Below, piece after piece: positions 38,104 to 48,943 of a stretch of 64,000 bases of DNA. Both the position numbers and the translations under genes were made by a program. The notes under the pieces are model-generated. The model had not been told where the DNA came from. It worked only from the letters and a program-made list of their open reading frames with translations, and searched no databases. The stretch's first letter is position 1. Each line of letters starts with the position of its first letter. Source of the DNA: an uncultured Chloroflexia bacterium (lineage in GTDB: Bacteria; Chloroflexota; Limnocylindria; Limnocylindrales; CSP1-4); NCBI GenBank assembly GCA_963813535.1, contig CAWEZH010000003.1, positions 672,001 to 736,000 on the forward strand. The letters run 5' to 3'.

Positions 38104-39612
38104 TCAGGCGGCGTCGGGCGCGACGCGCAGCACGCGGCCGGTCCGTGGCGGGAGCGGGATCCAGGCTCGACCGTCCGTGACGACGACCGCGTCACCACCC
38201 TCGCCGCCGGGCAGCGCGACCGGCGCCAGCCACCCTGACCCGACATCGTCCACGGTGACCTGCAGATCCATAGCTCCGTCACCGGGATTGAGGGCGAGGA
38301 TCAGCCGGCCATCGTCGAGCCGCCGCTCGATCGCCATCGCCGGCCCGTCGGCCCCGATCGCTGTCGTCGAACCGTGCCGGAGTGCCGGTTCAGCGGCCCG
38401 CAGCGCCAGGACACCGCGGATGAACGCCCGCAGTTCCCCATCCCAGACGCCGGCATCCCACGGGAAGCCGCCGCGGTTCTGTGGGTCGTTGCCGCCCGTG
38501 AGGCCGACCTCATCGCCGTAGTAGATGCACGGAGCGCCGGGCAGGACACATTGCAGAAGGACCGCCATGCGCATCGCCGCGCGGTCGCCGCCGAGCACGG
38601 TCAGGGCGCGTGGCGCGTCATGGGAGGAGAGCAGGTTTAGCTGGACGGCGACCACATCCGGGTCGTACACGCCGAGCAATTCGACGAGCCGCGCCGCGAA
38701 TGCCGGTCCATCGAGCGGATGGAGATGGTCGCGGTACTCGTGGTGGGCGGTCACCGCTCCCATGTCCAGGCTGGAACCGCCGACGTACCCGAGGATCGCC
38801 TCGGCCAGCGGGTAATCCATCAGCGCATCGAACCGATCACCGGCCACCCACTCCGGCGCGGTCTCCCAGATCTCGCCGACGAGATAGGCATCGGCACGGA
38901 TGGCCCGACAGCGCTGGCGAAAGGCGGCCCAGAACGCCGGGTCGTCGATCTCATCGGGGACGTCGAGCCGCCATCCGTCGATGCCGAAGCGCAGCCAGTG
39001 CTCGGCGACCGAGAGCAGGTACTCGCGGACGTCCGGGTGGTCGGTGTTCAGCTTGGGCAGCGCTGGCAGACCCCACCACGCCTCGTATCCGAGCCACGTC
39101 CCGGACGGGGCGTCCCGCGGGGGGTACGGCATGAACTCCCGGCGCCCTTCCAGCACGTCATGGTCGATATGGAACCAGTCGCGATAGGGCGACGCCGCGC
39201 CGTTCTCGAGGATGTGATGGAAGGGCCAGAACCCGCGTCCGGTGTGGTTGAAGACGCCATCGAGGACCACCCGCATCCCGCGGGCATGGGCAATGTCGAG
39301 AAGCTCGCGGAGTGCGTCGTCCCCGCCGAGCAGCGGGTCGACATGGAAGTAGTCGTAGGTGTGGTAGCGATGGTTCGACCCCGACTGGAAGATCGGCGTC
39401 AGGTAGATCGCGGTGACCCCGAGCTCCTGGAGATGGTCGAGCCGTTCGGCGATGCCGAGCAGGTCGCCGCCCTTGAACCCGTGGTTCGTCGGTGGGCTGT
39501 CCCACGGTTCGAGCGGGCCGGGCTTGGGGACCCGCTCGCTCTGGGCGAACCGGTCGGGGAAGATCTGGTAGAAGACCGCATCGCGGACCCATGCCGGCGT
39601 GTCGACGGTCAC
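38104..39612 (-). CDS. GH13 cyclomaltodextrinase/neopullulanase-like
   Basis: FYQIFPDRF, DGVFNH, GWRLDVP, GEIW, SSHD, YYGDE. Confidence 0.93.
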   Translation of the reverse strand: MTVDTPAWVRDAVFYQIFPDRFAQSERVPKPGPLEPWDSPPTNHGFKGGDLLGIAERLDHLQELGVTAIYLTPIFQSGSNHRYHTYDYFHVDPLLGGDDALRELLDIAHARGMRVVLDGVFNHTGRGFWPFHHILENGAASPYRDWFHIDHDVLEGRREFMPYPPRDAPSGTWLGYEAWWGLPALPKLNTDHPDVREYLLSVAEHWLRFGIDGWRLDVPDEIDDPAFWAAFRQRCRAIRADAYLVGEIWETAPEWVAGDRFDALMDYPLAEAILGYVGGSSLDMGAVTAHHEYRDHLHPLDGPAFAARLVELLGVYDPDVVAVQLNLLSSHDAPRALTVLGGDRAAMRMAVLLQCVLPGAPCIYYGDEVGLTGGNDPQNRGGFPWDAGVWDGELRAFIRGVLALRAAEPALRHGSTTAIGADGPAMAIERRLDDGRLILALNPGDGAMDLQVTVDDVGSGWLAPVALPGGEGGDAVVVTDGRAWIPLPPRTGRVLRVAPDAA

Positions 39613-39651
39613 GGGCGTCCGTCCGCGGACCCGATGCGATACTCCACCGCG

Positions 39652-41358
39652 ATGTCCTCCCGCTCTCCCTGGCTGGCCACGACCGTGGCCGCGCTCCTCG
39701 TGGCAGCCTGTGCCGGTACCACCTCGCCGTCGCCTGCCGGGCGGACCGATCCGACGATCAGCGCGAGTCCGCCAAGCTCGGCATCTCCCGACTGCATCGC
39801 TGCGTCTCCGGACGCGTCGACCGCGGGGTGGTGGCGCGAGCGCGTCTTCTACGAGGTGTTCGTCCGCAGTTTCGCCGACTCGGACGGCGACGGCATCGGC
39901 GACCTGCGCGGTCTCACCCAGCGACTCGACGAGCTGAACGACGGGGATCCGGCAACGACCGACGATCTCGGCGTCACCGGCCTATGGCTGATGCCGATCG
40001 CCGAGTCACCCAGCTATCACGGCTACGACGTGGTCGACTACCGCGCGGTCGAGCAGGACTACGGCTCGACGGCCGACCTGGCTGCGCTGGTCGGCGCCGC
40101 ACACCAACGAGGGATCGCGGTCATCGTCGACCTCGTCATCAACCACACGTCGCGCGAGCATCCCTGGTTCCAGGACGCGCGGACACCCGGCTCGGACCAC
40201 GACGATTGGTACATGTGGGCCGACGAGCACCCGGCGATCGCGCGCTCGGACGGGTCGCGCGTCTGGCATCCCGATGGCGAGCGCTTCTACTACGGCTACT
40301 TCTGGGAGGGCATGCCGGACCTGAACCTCGCGAACCCCGAGGTGACCGCGGAGCTGGACTCGATCGCGGACGCCTGGCTCGACGCCGGCATCGACGGCTT
40401 CCGCATCGACGCCGCCCGGCACCTGTTCGAGGACGGCGCGACGCTCGAGAACGTCGATGCCACGTTCGAGTGGCTCGCGGCGTTCCGCGACCGGATCAAG
40501 CAGCAGCATCCCGATGCGCTCGTCCTCGGCGAGGTCTGGGACGCGTCGTCGATGTCGGCCCGGTACGTGCGCGAGGGCGCGCTCGATGTGACCTTCGATT
40601 TCGGCCTGGCCAGCGCGATCGTCGATTCCGTCCGGTCCGGAGACGGCGGGGCGGTCCAGGCGGCACTCGACGAGGTGGCGCAGCTGTACGAGCCGGGCTG
40701 GCTTGCGACATTCCTGACCAACCACGACCAGGACCGGGTCATGACCGAGCTCGGCGGCGATGTCGAGTCGGCGAAGCTCGCGGCAACGCTGCTGCTGACC
40801 GGTGGCGGGACGCCGTTCCTGTACTACGGCGAGGAGATCGGCCTGACCGGCCAGAAGCCGGATGAGCGCATCCGTACGCCGATGCGCTGGGACGCCAGCG
40901 GACCGGCGGCCGGGTTCACCACCGGCACGCCTTGGGAGCCGCTCGGCGACGATCCGCCGGGGGCCGACGTCCGGACCGAGCGCGCCGACCCGAGCTCGCT
41001 CTACTCGACCTACCGCGAGCTGATCGCGATGCGGGCCGGTGAGCCCGCACTGCGTTCCGGTGCGATCTGGCCGGTAGGCGCGAGCGAAGCGTCGGTCGTG
41101 GCGTTCCTCAGGGCCGATCCCGACCCGGCTCGTGGTGCTGTCCTCGTCATAGCCAACCTCGCGGATTCGCCGGTCCCGTCGTTCGCCCTGACGGCAGAGA
41201 CGGGCCCGCTCTGTGGCTCGCCGAAGCCCGAGGTCCTGCGTGGACCGGAGAGCGTCCAGCCGCCGTCGGTCAGTGCCTCCGGGGGCTTCGACGACTACGT
41301 GCCCCTCGCGGACGGCCTCGCGGCCCGCGAGGTCCTCATCGTTCGGCTCCACCCGTGA
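39652..41358 (+). CDS. GH13 alpha-amylase, lipoprotein
   Basis: Lipobox VAAC; DSDGDGIGDL, DLVINH, GFRIDAARH, GEVW, TNHDQ. Confidence 0.92.
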   Translation: MSSRSPWLATTVAALLVAACAGTTSPSPAGRTDPTISASPPSSASPDCIAASPDASTAGWWRERVFYEVFVRSFADSDGDGIGDLRGLTQRLDELNDGDPATTDDLGVTGLWLMPIAESPSYHGYDVVDYRAVEQDYGSTADLAALVGAAHQRGIAVIVDLVINHTSREHPWFQDARTPGSDHDDWYMWADEHPAIARSDGSRVWHPDGERFYYGYFWEGMPDLNLANPEVTAELDSIADAWLDAGIDGFRIDAARHLFEDGATLENVDATFEWLAAFRDRIKQQHPDALVLGEVWDASSMSARYVREGALDVTFDFGLASAIVDSVRSGDGGAVQAALDEVAQLYEPGWLATFLTNHDQDRVMTELGGDVESAKLAATLLLTGGGTPFLYYGEEIGLTGQKPDERIRTPMRWDASGPAAGFTTGTPWEPLGDDPPGADVRTERADPSSLYSTYRELIAMRAGEPALRSGAIWPVGASEASVVAFLRADPDPARGAVLVIANLADSPVPSFALTAETGPLCGSPKPEVLRGPESVQPPSVSASGGFDDYVPLADGLAAREVLIVRLHP

Positions 41359-41789
41359 CCGGGACGGAGGGCGACATCGGCCCCGAGAGCCCCGATGACG
41401 TCGAGGTCAACCGTCCGTCGCGACCGGCACTCGTGGAGCTCGCGGCCGCCATCCTCATCGTCGGCGGGGCGATGCAGCTCATCGTCACGATCGCAACGCT
41501 CTCGGGAGTGCCGCCAGGTGCGGAGCCCTTCCTGGCTGTCGCACTCGCGCTCAACGTGGCGTCCATCACGCTGGGCGCCCTCGTGCGCACGGGCCGGGCG
41601 TGGCTCCTCGCCATCAACTTCGCGGCCGTGGTGGCGTTCCTCGATCTCCTCGGCTCGGGCGGGAGCCCCCTCTCCCTCATGCTCGGAGCGGCCGAGGTCC
41701 TCGTCGTTGCGATCCTCGTGGCGCGCAAGCCGTGGTTCGACGCGATGCGAGCGTGGCGGGGGGCGATGGCCGCTGCGACCCGACCCTGA
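41355..41789 (+). CDS. Small membrane protein
   Basis: Four TMs; GTGA overlap. Confidence 0.7.
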   Translation: MTGTEGDIGPESPDDVEVNRPSRPALVELAAAILIVGGAMQLIVTIATLSGVPPGAEPFLAVALALNVASITLGALVRTGRAWLLAINFAAVVAFLDLLGSGGSPLSLMLGAAEVLVVAILVARKPWFDAMRAWRGAMAAATRP

Positions 41790-41792
41790 ACG

Positions 41793-42749
41793 TCAGCCCT
41801 TGACGCCGCCGACTGCCAGGCCACCCACCAGGTAGCGCTGGAAGACGAAGAAGACGATCGACACCGGCAAGGCGAACAGGATCGCGAATGCCGCGAACTG
41901 CGACCAGTTCGTCGTCCGTGCGAACTGCCCGACCATGCTGTTGAGAGCCAGCGACAACGTCCAGTCGTGGACCTCGCTGATGAACATCGCGACCGTCAGG
42001 TACTCGCTCCAGCCGCCGAGGAAACCGAGGAACCCCGTTACCGCGATCGCTGGCACGGACAGCGGCACGATGATCTTGCGGAAGACTTGGTTCTGCGACG
42101 CACCGTCCACGGAAGCCGCTTCCTCGAGGTCCCTTGGGATCGTGTCGAGGTAGCCCTTGAGGTTCCAGATCGCGAACGGCAACTGCGCTGAGATGACGGC
42201 GAGCGTGACGCCCATCAGCGAGTTGCGCAGGTTGAACGACAGCTCGCCGAAGTTGATCTGGAACTGGTTGAGGAAGATGAACAGCGGGATGATCGTCGCC
42301 ACCGACGGCAGCATCAGCACGCCGAGGACCGCGATCATCAGCGCTGCCCGGCCCCGGAACTTGAGCCGCGAGAAGGCGTAGGCGGCGAGCAGCCCGATCG
42401 CGACCGCCACGGCCGCGCTGGCAAGGGCGATCTTCATGCTGTTGAGGGCCAAGTCGATGAAGCCGATCGGGTTGCTCGTCGGCTGCGCGATGACCTTGGC
42501 GAACGAGTCGAGCGATGCGCCCGGCGGGATCAGGTTGAGGCCATCCGGTCGGGCGAGATTGCGCGGGTCGAGCGCCATGCTGACGATCCAGATCAGCGGG
42601 AAGAGAACGGTGAACGTGATCAACAGCAGGATCGCCTGCAGGACGAGCTGTCGGCCAAGCGGCAACCGCCGCTCGCCAGACGTCCTCCCCAGGCTGAGAC
42701 CGCGGGTCAGCAAGCGTCGGGTCGTATCGGTGGTCGCGGGCGCCGTCAT
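41793..42749 (-). CDS. malG: Maltodextrin ABC permease (MalG-like)
   Basis: KGYLDTIPRDLEEAASVDGA EAA loop. Confidence 0.88.
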   Translation of the reverse strand: MTAPATTDTTRRLLTRGLSLGRTSGERRLPLGRQLVLQAILLLITFTVLFPLIWIVSMALDPRNLARPDGLNLIPPGASLDSFAKVIAQPTSNPIGFIDLALNSMKIALASAAVAVAIGLLAAYAFSRLKFRGRAALMIAVLGVLMLPSVATIIPLFIFLNQFQINFGELSFNLRNSLMGVTLAVISAQLPFAIWNLKGYLDTIPRDLEEAASVDGASQNQVFRKIIVPLSVPAIAVTGFLGFLGGWSEYLTVAMFISEVHDWTLSLALNSMVGQFARTTNWSQFAAFAILFALPVSIVFFVFQRYLVGGLAVGGVKG

Positions 42750-42776
42750 CGAATCGTCTCCCGTGCGGGTCGGCCG

Positions 42777-43790
42777 TCAGTCGGCATAGCTCTTCGTCGC
42801 CTTCGCCATCCGGTTGGTGATGAGCGTGATGATGAGGAGCAGGAAGAAGAGATACACCGCAAAGGCCGCGGCGACACCGAACAGGCGGCGCTCGTATGCG
42901 AGGCGATAGGCCTGCGTGACGAGGATCTCGGTGCGACCGAACGGTTCACCCTGGGTCATGAAGAACGGCAGGAAGAACAGGTTGAACGTGATCACGAAGC
43001 CGTAGATGGCGTACGGCAGCATCGCGGGTCTGAGGAATGGGACCGTGACGTTGCGGAACTTCTGCCACCAGCTCGCGCCGTCCATCTCGGCGGCCTCGTA
43101 CAGCTCGCCCGGGATCGACTGGAGGGCACCCGTCGCGACGACCGCATTGAGCGGCCAGCCCAGCCAGGTATTGGCGGTGATCATCGCGAAGAACGCCAGT
43201 GACAGCGGGATCCACGATATCGGATCGTTGGGCTGGCGGATCCAGTCGAGGTGGAAGGCCGGATTATCCGGGGAGATCCCGAACAGGCCACCCAGGCCCT
43301 GGAGGCCGAGGTTCACGGCACCCGCATCGGGATCGAACATGTTCCGCCAGACCGTGGCCACGATGATCTGCGGGATCACGACCGGCAGGATGAAGATCGC
43401 CCGATAGATGCCCTTCAACCACAGGCCCTTCGTGTTGAGGATCACCGCCACGAAGACGCCGATGATGACGTGCACCACGACGTTGCTGAAGGCCCAGAAC
43501 AGGTTGAACAGCACCAGCCGGGCGAACTCGAAGTTGGGGATCTGGAGCTTCGATGTCGCAATGCGGATGTAGTTGTCGAGCCCGACGAACTCGGCCGGCA
43601 CGGGGTTGCGGACCCGGAAGTTGATCTGGCCGAAGTCGTGGAACGACATCCAGACCTGGAAGAAAAGTGGATAGAACGTGATGACCGCCATCACGGCGAA
43701 CGCTGGTACCAGGTAGAGGTACGGCTGCAGGTTGCGTCGGACCCTGGCACCCCGGCTGCGTCGGGGTAACGCGGCTGTCGCGGTCGCCAT
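42777..43790 (-). CDS. malF: Maltodextrin ABC permease (MalF-like)
   Basis: GALQSIPGELYEAAEMDGA EAA loop. Confidence 0.88.
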   Translation of the reverse strand: MATATAALPRRSRGARVRRNLQPYLYLVPAFAVMAVITFYPLFFQVWMSFHDFGQINFRVRNPVPAEFVGLDNYIRIATSKLQIPNFEFARLVLFNLFWAFSNVVVHVIIGVFVAVILNTKGLWLKGIYRAIFILPVVIPQIIVATVWRNMFDPDAGAVNLGLQGLGGLFGISPDNPAFHLDWIRQPNDPISWIPLSLAFFAMITANTWLGWPLNAVVATGALQSIPGELYEAAEMDGASWWQKFRNVTVPFLRPAMLPYAIYGFVITFNLFFLPFFMTQGEPFGRTEILVTQAYRLAYERRLFGVAAAFAVYLFFLLLIITLITNRMAKATKSYAD

Positions 43791-43839
43791 GAACGAGTCT
43801 CCCTCTTGTGGGTGACGGCGGTCGTGGTGGCGAGAGTAT

Positions 43840-43871
43840 GACGAGGGCGCCGGCGGACCGGCGCCCTCGTC
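43840..43871 (-). terminator. 14-bp stem-loop between malE and malF
   Basis: GACGAGGGCGCCGG-4nt-CCGGCGCCCTCGTC; probable stabiliser or partial terminator. Confidence 0.7.
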
Positions 43872-43886
43872 GCTCGAGGGAAGGGC

Positions 43887-45143
43887 CTAGAGGCCGCTCG
43901 CCTCGTTCATCAGCGCGCAGGCGTCCTTGACGGCCGTGGCAGGATCGGCGCCCGTGTCGATGACCTTGTTCAGCGCATCGCCGAACGGCCCCCACCAGTT
44001 GCCGAACTGTGCGTTCTGGGGTCGCGGCAATCCGGCTTCGGCCGCGTCGGCGAAGCCCTGCGTGATCGAGTCGGTGATCTGGACCGTCGGGTTCGCCGGA
44101 ACATGGCCGGCGTCGTCGACGAAGGTCTGCATCGCGGTGGGCGACGTGAGCGCGAGCGCCACATCGACCGCCAGCTTTGCCTGGTCCGTCTCGAGGTTGG
44201 GGTTGATATACCAGCCGTCGGTACCGGTGAACGGATTGGCGGCGGCCGCCGGACCCTTGGGGATCGTCGTGACCGCGAGGTTGTCACCGAGAGCGGTGCG
44301 GAAGTCCGCCGTCTGCCATGGCCCGTCGATGATCGCGTTGATCTCGCCGGTCTGGAAGGCGGCCTTGAGAGCGTTGCCGTCCGTATTGAACGTCGCGCCG
44401 GCGTCCTTGAGCTCCTTCAGGTAGCCGAAGGCTTCGGCGAAGCCGCCCGCGTCCGCCGTGCACTTGCCGGCGTCGTCCATCAGCGTGCCGCCGAACGCGC
44501 CCGTCCAGCCGAACTGGTGGTAGACGCCCTGGTTGATGCCGACCTTCACCGACCCGTCCTTGACGGCGGCAAGGAGCTCGTCAGAGGTCGTCGGCGGCGT
44601 CGCGACCTTGCTCTTGTCATACCAGAGGGCGACGGCCTTGAGCGACTCGGGGACCATGTAGAACGAGCCGTCGACCTTCGAACCATCGAGGGCGACAGGC
44701 AGGTAGCCCTCGAGCGCGGGGTTGCCGGTGAGGAACTCGTCGAGGTTCATCAACGATTCCTCGCGAGCGTCCTTGCCCAGGTCGTCGTTCGGGGCGATGA
44801 ACATGTCGGCGCCGGCGCCTGCAGCGACCTCGGTCCGCCACTTGGTGAAGATCTGGTCGAACGGCTGCTCGACGACATTGATGGTCAGATCGGGATTGTC
44901 AGCGCGGACCTTCTCGAGGACCGTGTTGAGCGCGCCGGTCTCGCCGCCGCCCGAGCCGTAGGAATGCCACAGCGTGACCTCACCGGCGAGCGCCGCCGGC
45001 GCCGCCGATCCCGCTGCGGGCGACTCGGGGGCGGCCGACTCGGGGGCCGTGCTGGGAGCGGAACTCGTCGTCGGGCTCGCGCAGGCGCTGGCGATGATCG
45101 CCATCCCTGCCACGATCGACGCGAGCCGAAGCTGCTTCTTCAT
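43887..45143 (-). CDS. malE: Maltodextrin-binding lipoprotein
   Basis: Lipobox ASAC; TLWH, AIIDGPW; AGAGGAG RBS. Confidence 0.85.
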   Translation of the reverse strand: MKKQLRLASIVAGMAIIASACASPTTSSAPSTAPESAAPESPAAGSAAPAALAGEVTLWHSYGSGGGETGALNTVLEKVRADNPDLTINVVEQPFDQIFTKWRTEVAAGAGADMFIAPNDDLGKDAREESLMNLDEFLTGNPALEGYLPVALDGSKVDGSFYMVPESLKAVALWYDKSKVATPPTTSDELLAAVKDGSVKVGINQGVYHQFGWTGAFGGTLMDDAGKCTADAGGFAEAFGYLKELKDAGATFNTDGNALKAAFQTGEINAIIDGPWQTADFRTALGDNLAVTTIPKGPAAAANPFTGTDGWYINPNLETDQAKLAVDVALALTSPTAMQTFVDDAGHVPANPTVQITDSITQGFADAAEAGLPRPQNAQFGNWWGPFGDALNKVIDTGADPATAVKDACALMNEASGL

Positions 45144-45270
45144 CGTGCCTGTGGTCTCCTCTCTTATCTCGCCTGGCCGGTCGTGCCGGCCGGGATCGCC
45201 GCGCTCGGCGGCCGTGTCGGTACGTCGTGTGGCGGAGCGCACCTGACGCGGACGTCGCTCGCCGTGGATC

Positions 45271-46344
45271 TCAGCCTGCTTCCCCGGCCACCTCCCTTCG
45301 GTCCATAGGCACCGGCCCGGTCGAGCCGCGGATGATGAGCCGCGTCTCGAGCCGGCGATGCTCGGGCTTGGATTGACCCCGTCGTTCGATGACGGTCAGG
45401 AGGGCACGGACCGCTTCCTCGCCCTTCCGACGGATCGGCTGGTGGACCGTCGTGAGCGGGGGGTCGACGTGCGGGGCGAGGTCGATGTCATCGAAGCCGA
45501 CGACGCTCACGTCGCCCGGGATGTCGAGTCGAAGGTCGCGCAGGGCGCGCATGGCGCCGATGGCCATCGCATCCGACATCGCCAGGATGGCGGTCGGCCG
45601 GAGGCCGTCCGCCCAGGCACCCGTGGTCGCCGCGATGCCGCCATCGATGCTCGCGGGTCCGACGACCACCCGGTCGTCGGGGATCTCGACGCCGACAGCG
45701 CGAAACGCCTCCCGGTAGCCCCGCAGGCGGCGGCTGGTGACGCCGTCGGGATCGAGTCCACCGGGTGCCGGCGGCTCGACGCCCAGCACGAGCACGTCCC
45801 GGTGGCCGAGGCTGGCGATGTACGCCGCAGCCGCCTGCGCGCCACCCACGTCATCGATCTCGACCGAGCCGTGCTCTGGCAGCGCGAGCGAGTCGACCAG
45901 GACGATCGGCAGGCCGGCCCGGCGGATCTGCTCCACCTCGGGATGGCCATCGGCCAGACCGATCGCCACCACCCCATCGACGGTCGCGCGGGTCATCGCC
46001 CGGATAAGGCTGCCGTGCAACGGCGAGATGAAGTGGAGCCCGTACCCGTACTCCTCGGCCACCAGCGCGACGCCCTCGCTGAACGCCCCGAAGAACGGAT
46101 TGCTGAAGATGACGCTGAGGGCCTGCGGTGTGAGCACGCCGATGGTCATCGTCTGGCGCTGGGTGAGCATCCGGGCGACGGGGTGCGGCGTGTAGCCGAG
46201 CTGGAGCGCGATCTCGCGGATGCGCACCGCGGTCTCGGGTGCGAGGCGGTCGGGCGAATTGAACGCGAAGGACACGGCCGTCTTGCTCACGCCCGCTTCG
46301 CGGGCGACGTCGGCGATGCGCGGGCGCTGGGTCCTTGGCTCCAC
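45271..46344 (-). CDS. LacI-family regulator
   Basis: IADVAREAGVSKTAVSFAFN; SVVGFDD..PPLTTVHQP. Confidence 0.95.
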   Translation of the reverse strand: MEPRTQRPRIADVAREAGVSKTAVSFAFNSPDRLAPETAVRIREIALQLGYTPHPVARMLTQRQTMTIGVLTPQALSVIFSNPFFGAFSEGVALVAEEYGYGLHFISPLHGSLIRAMTRATVDGVVAIGLADGHPEVEQIRRAGLPIVLVDSLALPEHGSVEIDDVGGAQAAAAYIASLGHRDVLVLGVEPPAPGGLDPDGVTSRRLRGYREAFRAVGVEIPDDRVVVGPASIDGGIAATTGAWADGLRPTAILAMSDAMAIGAMRALRDLRLDIPGDVSVVGFDDIDLAPHVDPPLTTVHQPIRRKGEEAVRALLTVIERRGQSKPEHRRLETRLIIRGSTGPVPMDRREVAGEAG

Positions 46345-46464
46345 CAGGGTCTCGACTCCGCTTGCTTGCTTCGCTCTGAGCGCCGACCGGTCGACGAGTC
46401 GACCGGCCCGTCGAGGCGATGCGGGGCCGCCGCAGGAGGAGGAGAGCGCGGGGCCCGGCATCGT

Positions 46465-46523
46465 GCAAACCGGTTTAGCAAACCGGTTTAGCCGAATGTA
46501 GGCGTGCGTCCCGATGGTGTCAA
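46465..46523 (-). promoter_or_regulatory. Promoter with tandem LacI-type operators
   Basis: TTGACA-17nt-TACATT on the minus strand; GCAAACCGGTTTAGC at 46465-46479 and 46478-46492. Confidence 0.85.
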
Positions 46524-46553
46524 GACCCACGCGGCAGGAGGTCGTACCATCGG

Positions 46554-47009
46554 ATGGCCGTGACCGTTCCTGCCGACTCGACCTCGACCCCGACCTCGAC
46601 CCCGCGCCCGGATGGCGCCGCACCGCCGACGGGCACCGACCATCCGCCACGGATGCCCTCGGGCCTCCGGCTGTTCCTGGTCTACGCGGCACTGATCCTC
46701 GTCGGGATCGCCCTGAGCATGCGCACCGTGGTCGACTCGGCGCTGGGCGCGATGCCGATCACCCCGCTCGGCATCGTCGTCATGATCCTGCTCGCCTACA
46801 CGATCTTCACGATGACCCTCGTCCTGCAACGAAAGCAGGCCGGTTTCGCCCTCGCCATCGTCCTCGCCAGCCTGACCATCCCGCTGGTGCTGCTGCTCGC
46901 CGTCAGTCCGGTCCACCCGGCGGCGCCGGTATTCGCCGCAGCCTTCGGGCTCCTGCTCTTCCGCGGCTTGCTCCGACCGGAGGTCCGAACGTACCTCTCG
47001 GAGGCGTGA
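46554..47009 (+). CDS. Small membrane protein
   Basis: Four TMs. Confidence 0.75.
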   Translation: MAVTVPADSTSTPTSTPRPDGAAPPTGTDHPPRMPSGLRLFLVYAALILVGIALSMRTVVDSALGAMPITPLGIVVMILLAYTIFTMTLVLQRKQAGFALAIVLASLTIPLVLLLAVSPVHPAAPVFAAAFGLLLFRGLLRPEVRTYLSEA

Positions 47010-47126
47010 TCCGGACGTCGAACGCGGGAACCGACCGGGCCGGGTACCCTCTGCGGGCGCGGCCTTCGTCGCCGCCGGGTCCGATACCGACCCGGCGACC
47101 CCTTCGACCGCACCGAGGCATCTTCT

Positions 47127-47984
47127 GTGAGCAAGGAATCCCGCCGGCGTCAGCGCATGGCCGGCCAGCCATCCGGGACCGGTCCCGAAGCGACAGCGCG
47201 AGGATCGGCGAGCGCCCCGGCCGGGACGACCAGCCCCTCCCCCGCCCGACCCTCGACGAGCTCGCGTGGGACGGCGCGAGCGGGACGGCGCGAGCGCGCT
47301 CGGCCCGCACCGAGGGGGTCGTTCCTCCAGCGCTATCGGCGCTGGCTGTTCGCCGCCGGCGTCGTCGGCGTCGTGGCGATCGTGGGTGCGGGCGTCTTCG
47401 CAGCCGCGACCCAACCCGCGTTCGCGTGCTCGAACATCTGGGAACCATCGGCGACACCGAGCCCGGTGGCCGACGCCTCCCCCCAGCCCGGTTACGTGCA
47501 GCCCGATATGGGCAACTCCCACGTCGCACCCGGCACCGTGGTCAAGTACACCTACTGCCCGCCCGCATCGGGTCGGCACTACAACCAGCCGGGCGTCGGC
47601 GGTCCGATCCCTGCCCGGCCGTATGGTCCCAACGACGCCGTCATCCCCGAGGGCTGGGTCCACAACCTCGAGCACGGCGGTCTCGTGATCCTGTACCGCG
47701 GTGCCGAAGCGGACCAGGCGCCGCTCCGCGCGCTGTACGACGCGGTGCCGGTCAGCCCGGTCTGCGGCTTCGAGCCCGGCGGGAACTCACCCGGGCCGGT
47801 CGTCGCCCGGTTCGATGACATGGCCTGGCCGTACGCGGCCCTCGTGTGGGACCGGGTGCTCCCTATGCAGACGCTCGATCAGGCGGCCGTCCTCGACTTC
47901 TATGCCCGCTACGGCGAGAGGACGAACCCCGAGAAGTTCTGCGACCCGTCGGGGAGCCCGGTGCCGTCCGCGTCGCCGAGCTGA
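47127..47984 (+). CDS. DUF3105-family protein
   Basis: GNSHV..PPASGRHY..VHNLEHGGLVILY. Confidence 0.85.
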   Translation: MSKESRRRQRMAGQPSGTGPEATARGSASAPAGTTSPSPARPSTSSRGTARAGRRERARPAPRGSFLQRYRRWLFAAGVVGVVAIVGAGVFAAATQPAFACSNIWEPSATPSPVADASPQPGYVQPDMGNSHVAPGTVVKYTYCPPASGRHYNQPGVGGPIPARPYGPNDAVIPEGWVHNLEHGGLVILYRGAEADQAPLRALYDAVPVSPVCGFEPGGNSPGPVVARFDDMAWPYAALVWDRVLPMQTLDQAAVLDFYARYGERTNPEKFCDPSGSPVPSASPS

Positions 47985-47996
47985 TCGGCCCGGCGA

Positions 47997-48896
47997 GTGA
48001 GGCTGTACGCCTTCGCCGGCGATACCGGCGTCGAGTGCGGTCGGCTCGACGGCGAGTCTGTCGTGATCGACGCTGACCGGCGTGACGATATCTCTGCTGC
48101 CGCCGCCGACGGCAGCCTCATGGACTTCCTCGGACACCTCCAGAGCGTGCAGGCCGGCCAGCGTCGGCCGATCGCGTCCCTCGCCCCGGCCCCAGCGGTC
48201 CCTCGTCCCCGGAAGATCGTCTGTGTCGGGTTGAACTATCGAGACCACGTCGCCGAAGGTGGCCGCCCGAGCCCCGATCGGCCACTGCTCTTCTCGAAGT
48301 TCGCCAACACGGTCATCGGCGACGGTGAACCGATCGTCCGCCCGGAGGGCACCCACGCCCTCGATCTCGAGGTCGAGCTCGGTGTCGTCATCGGCAAGGA
48401 GGCTCGCCGCGTCGCGGCCGCCGACGCGACCGACCACGTCGCCGGGTACGTGGTCGTGAACGACGTCAGCGCGCGCGATTGGCAGGGTGTCCCAGCCGCG
48501 CTGCGCGACGGCGAGAAGGGCGACGGCCAATGGCTGCGCGCCAAGGGCAGCGATACCTTCCTCCCGATGGGGCCCGTGTTCGTCACGCCGGACGACATGG
48601 ACCCTGCGCCGGGGTTGCGGCTCCGGAGCTGGCGCATCACGGCCGACGGCGAGGAGCACCTCATGCAGGACGGCTCGACCGCGGACATGATCTGGGGCGT
48701 CCCGGCGCTGATCGAGTTCATCACGGCCGCCATCACGCTCGATGCGGGCGACGTGATCGCGACCGGCACGCCGTCCGGCGTCGGCGTCTTCCGGGATCCG
48801 CCGGTCTTCCTCGAGCCGGGCGACCGCGTCCGCTGCGAGATCGAGGGCATCGGCACCGTCGAGAACCCCGTCATCGACTGGTCGGCAACGCCCTAG
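47997..48896 (+). CDS. Fumarylacetoacetate hydrolase-family protein
   Basis: [37 protein letters not shown]. Confidence 0.93.
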   Translation: MRLYAFAGDTGVECGRLDGESVVIDADRRDDISAAAADGSLMDFLGHLQSVQAGQRRPIASLAPAPAVPRPRKIVCVGLNYRDHVAEGGRPSPDRPLLFSKFANTVIGDGEPIVRPEGTHALDLEVELGVVIGKEARRVAAADATDHVAGYVVVNDVSARDWQGVPAALRDGEKGDGQWLRAKGSDTFLPMGPVFVTPDDMDPAPGLRLRSWRITADGEEHLMQDGSTADMIWGVPALIEFITAAITLDAGDVIATGTPSGVGVFRDPPVFLEPGDRVRCEIEGIGTVENPVIDWSATP

Positions 48897-48943
48897 CCGC
48901 CCGCGCGCCCGCCGGCTCGTTCCCCGCGCGCTACGCTCCCGGC

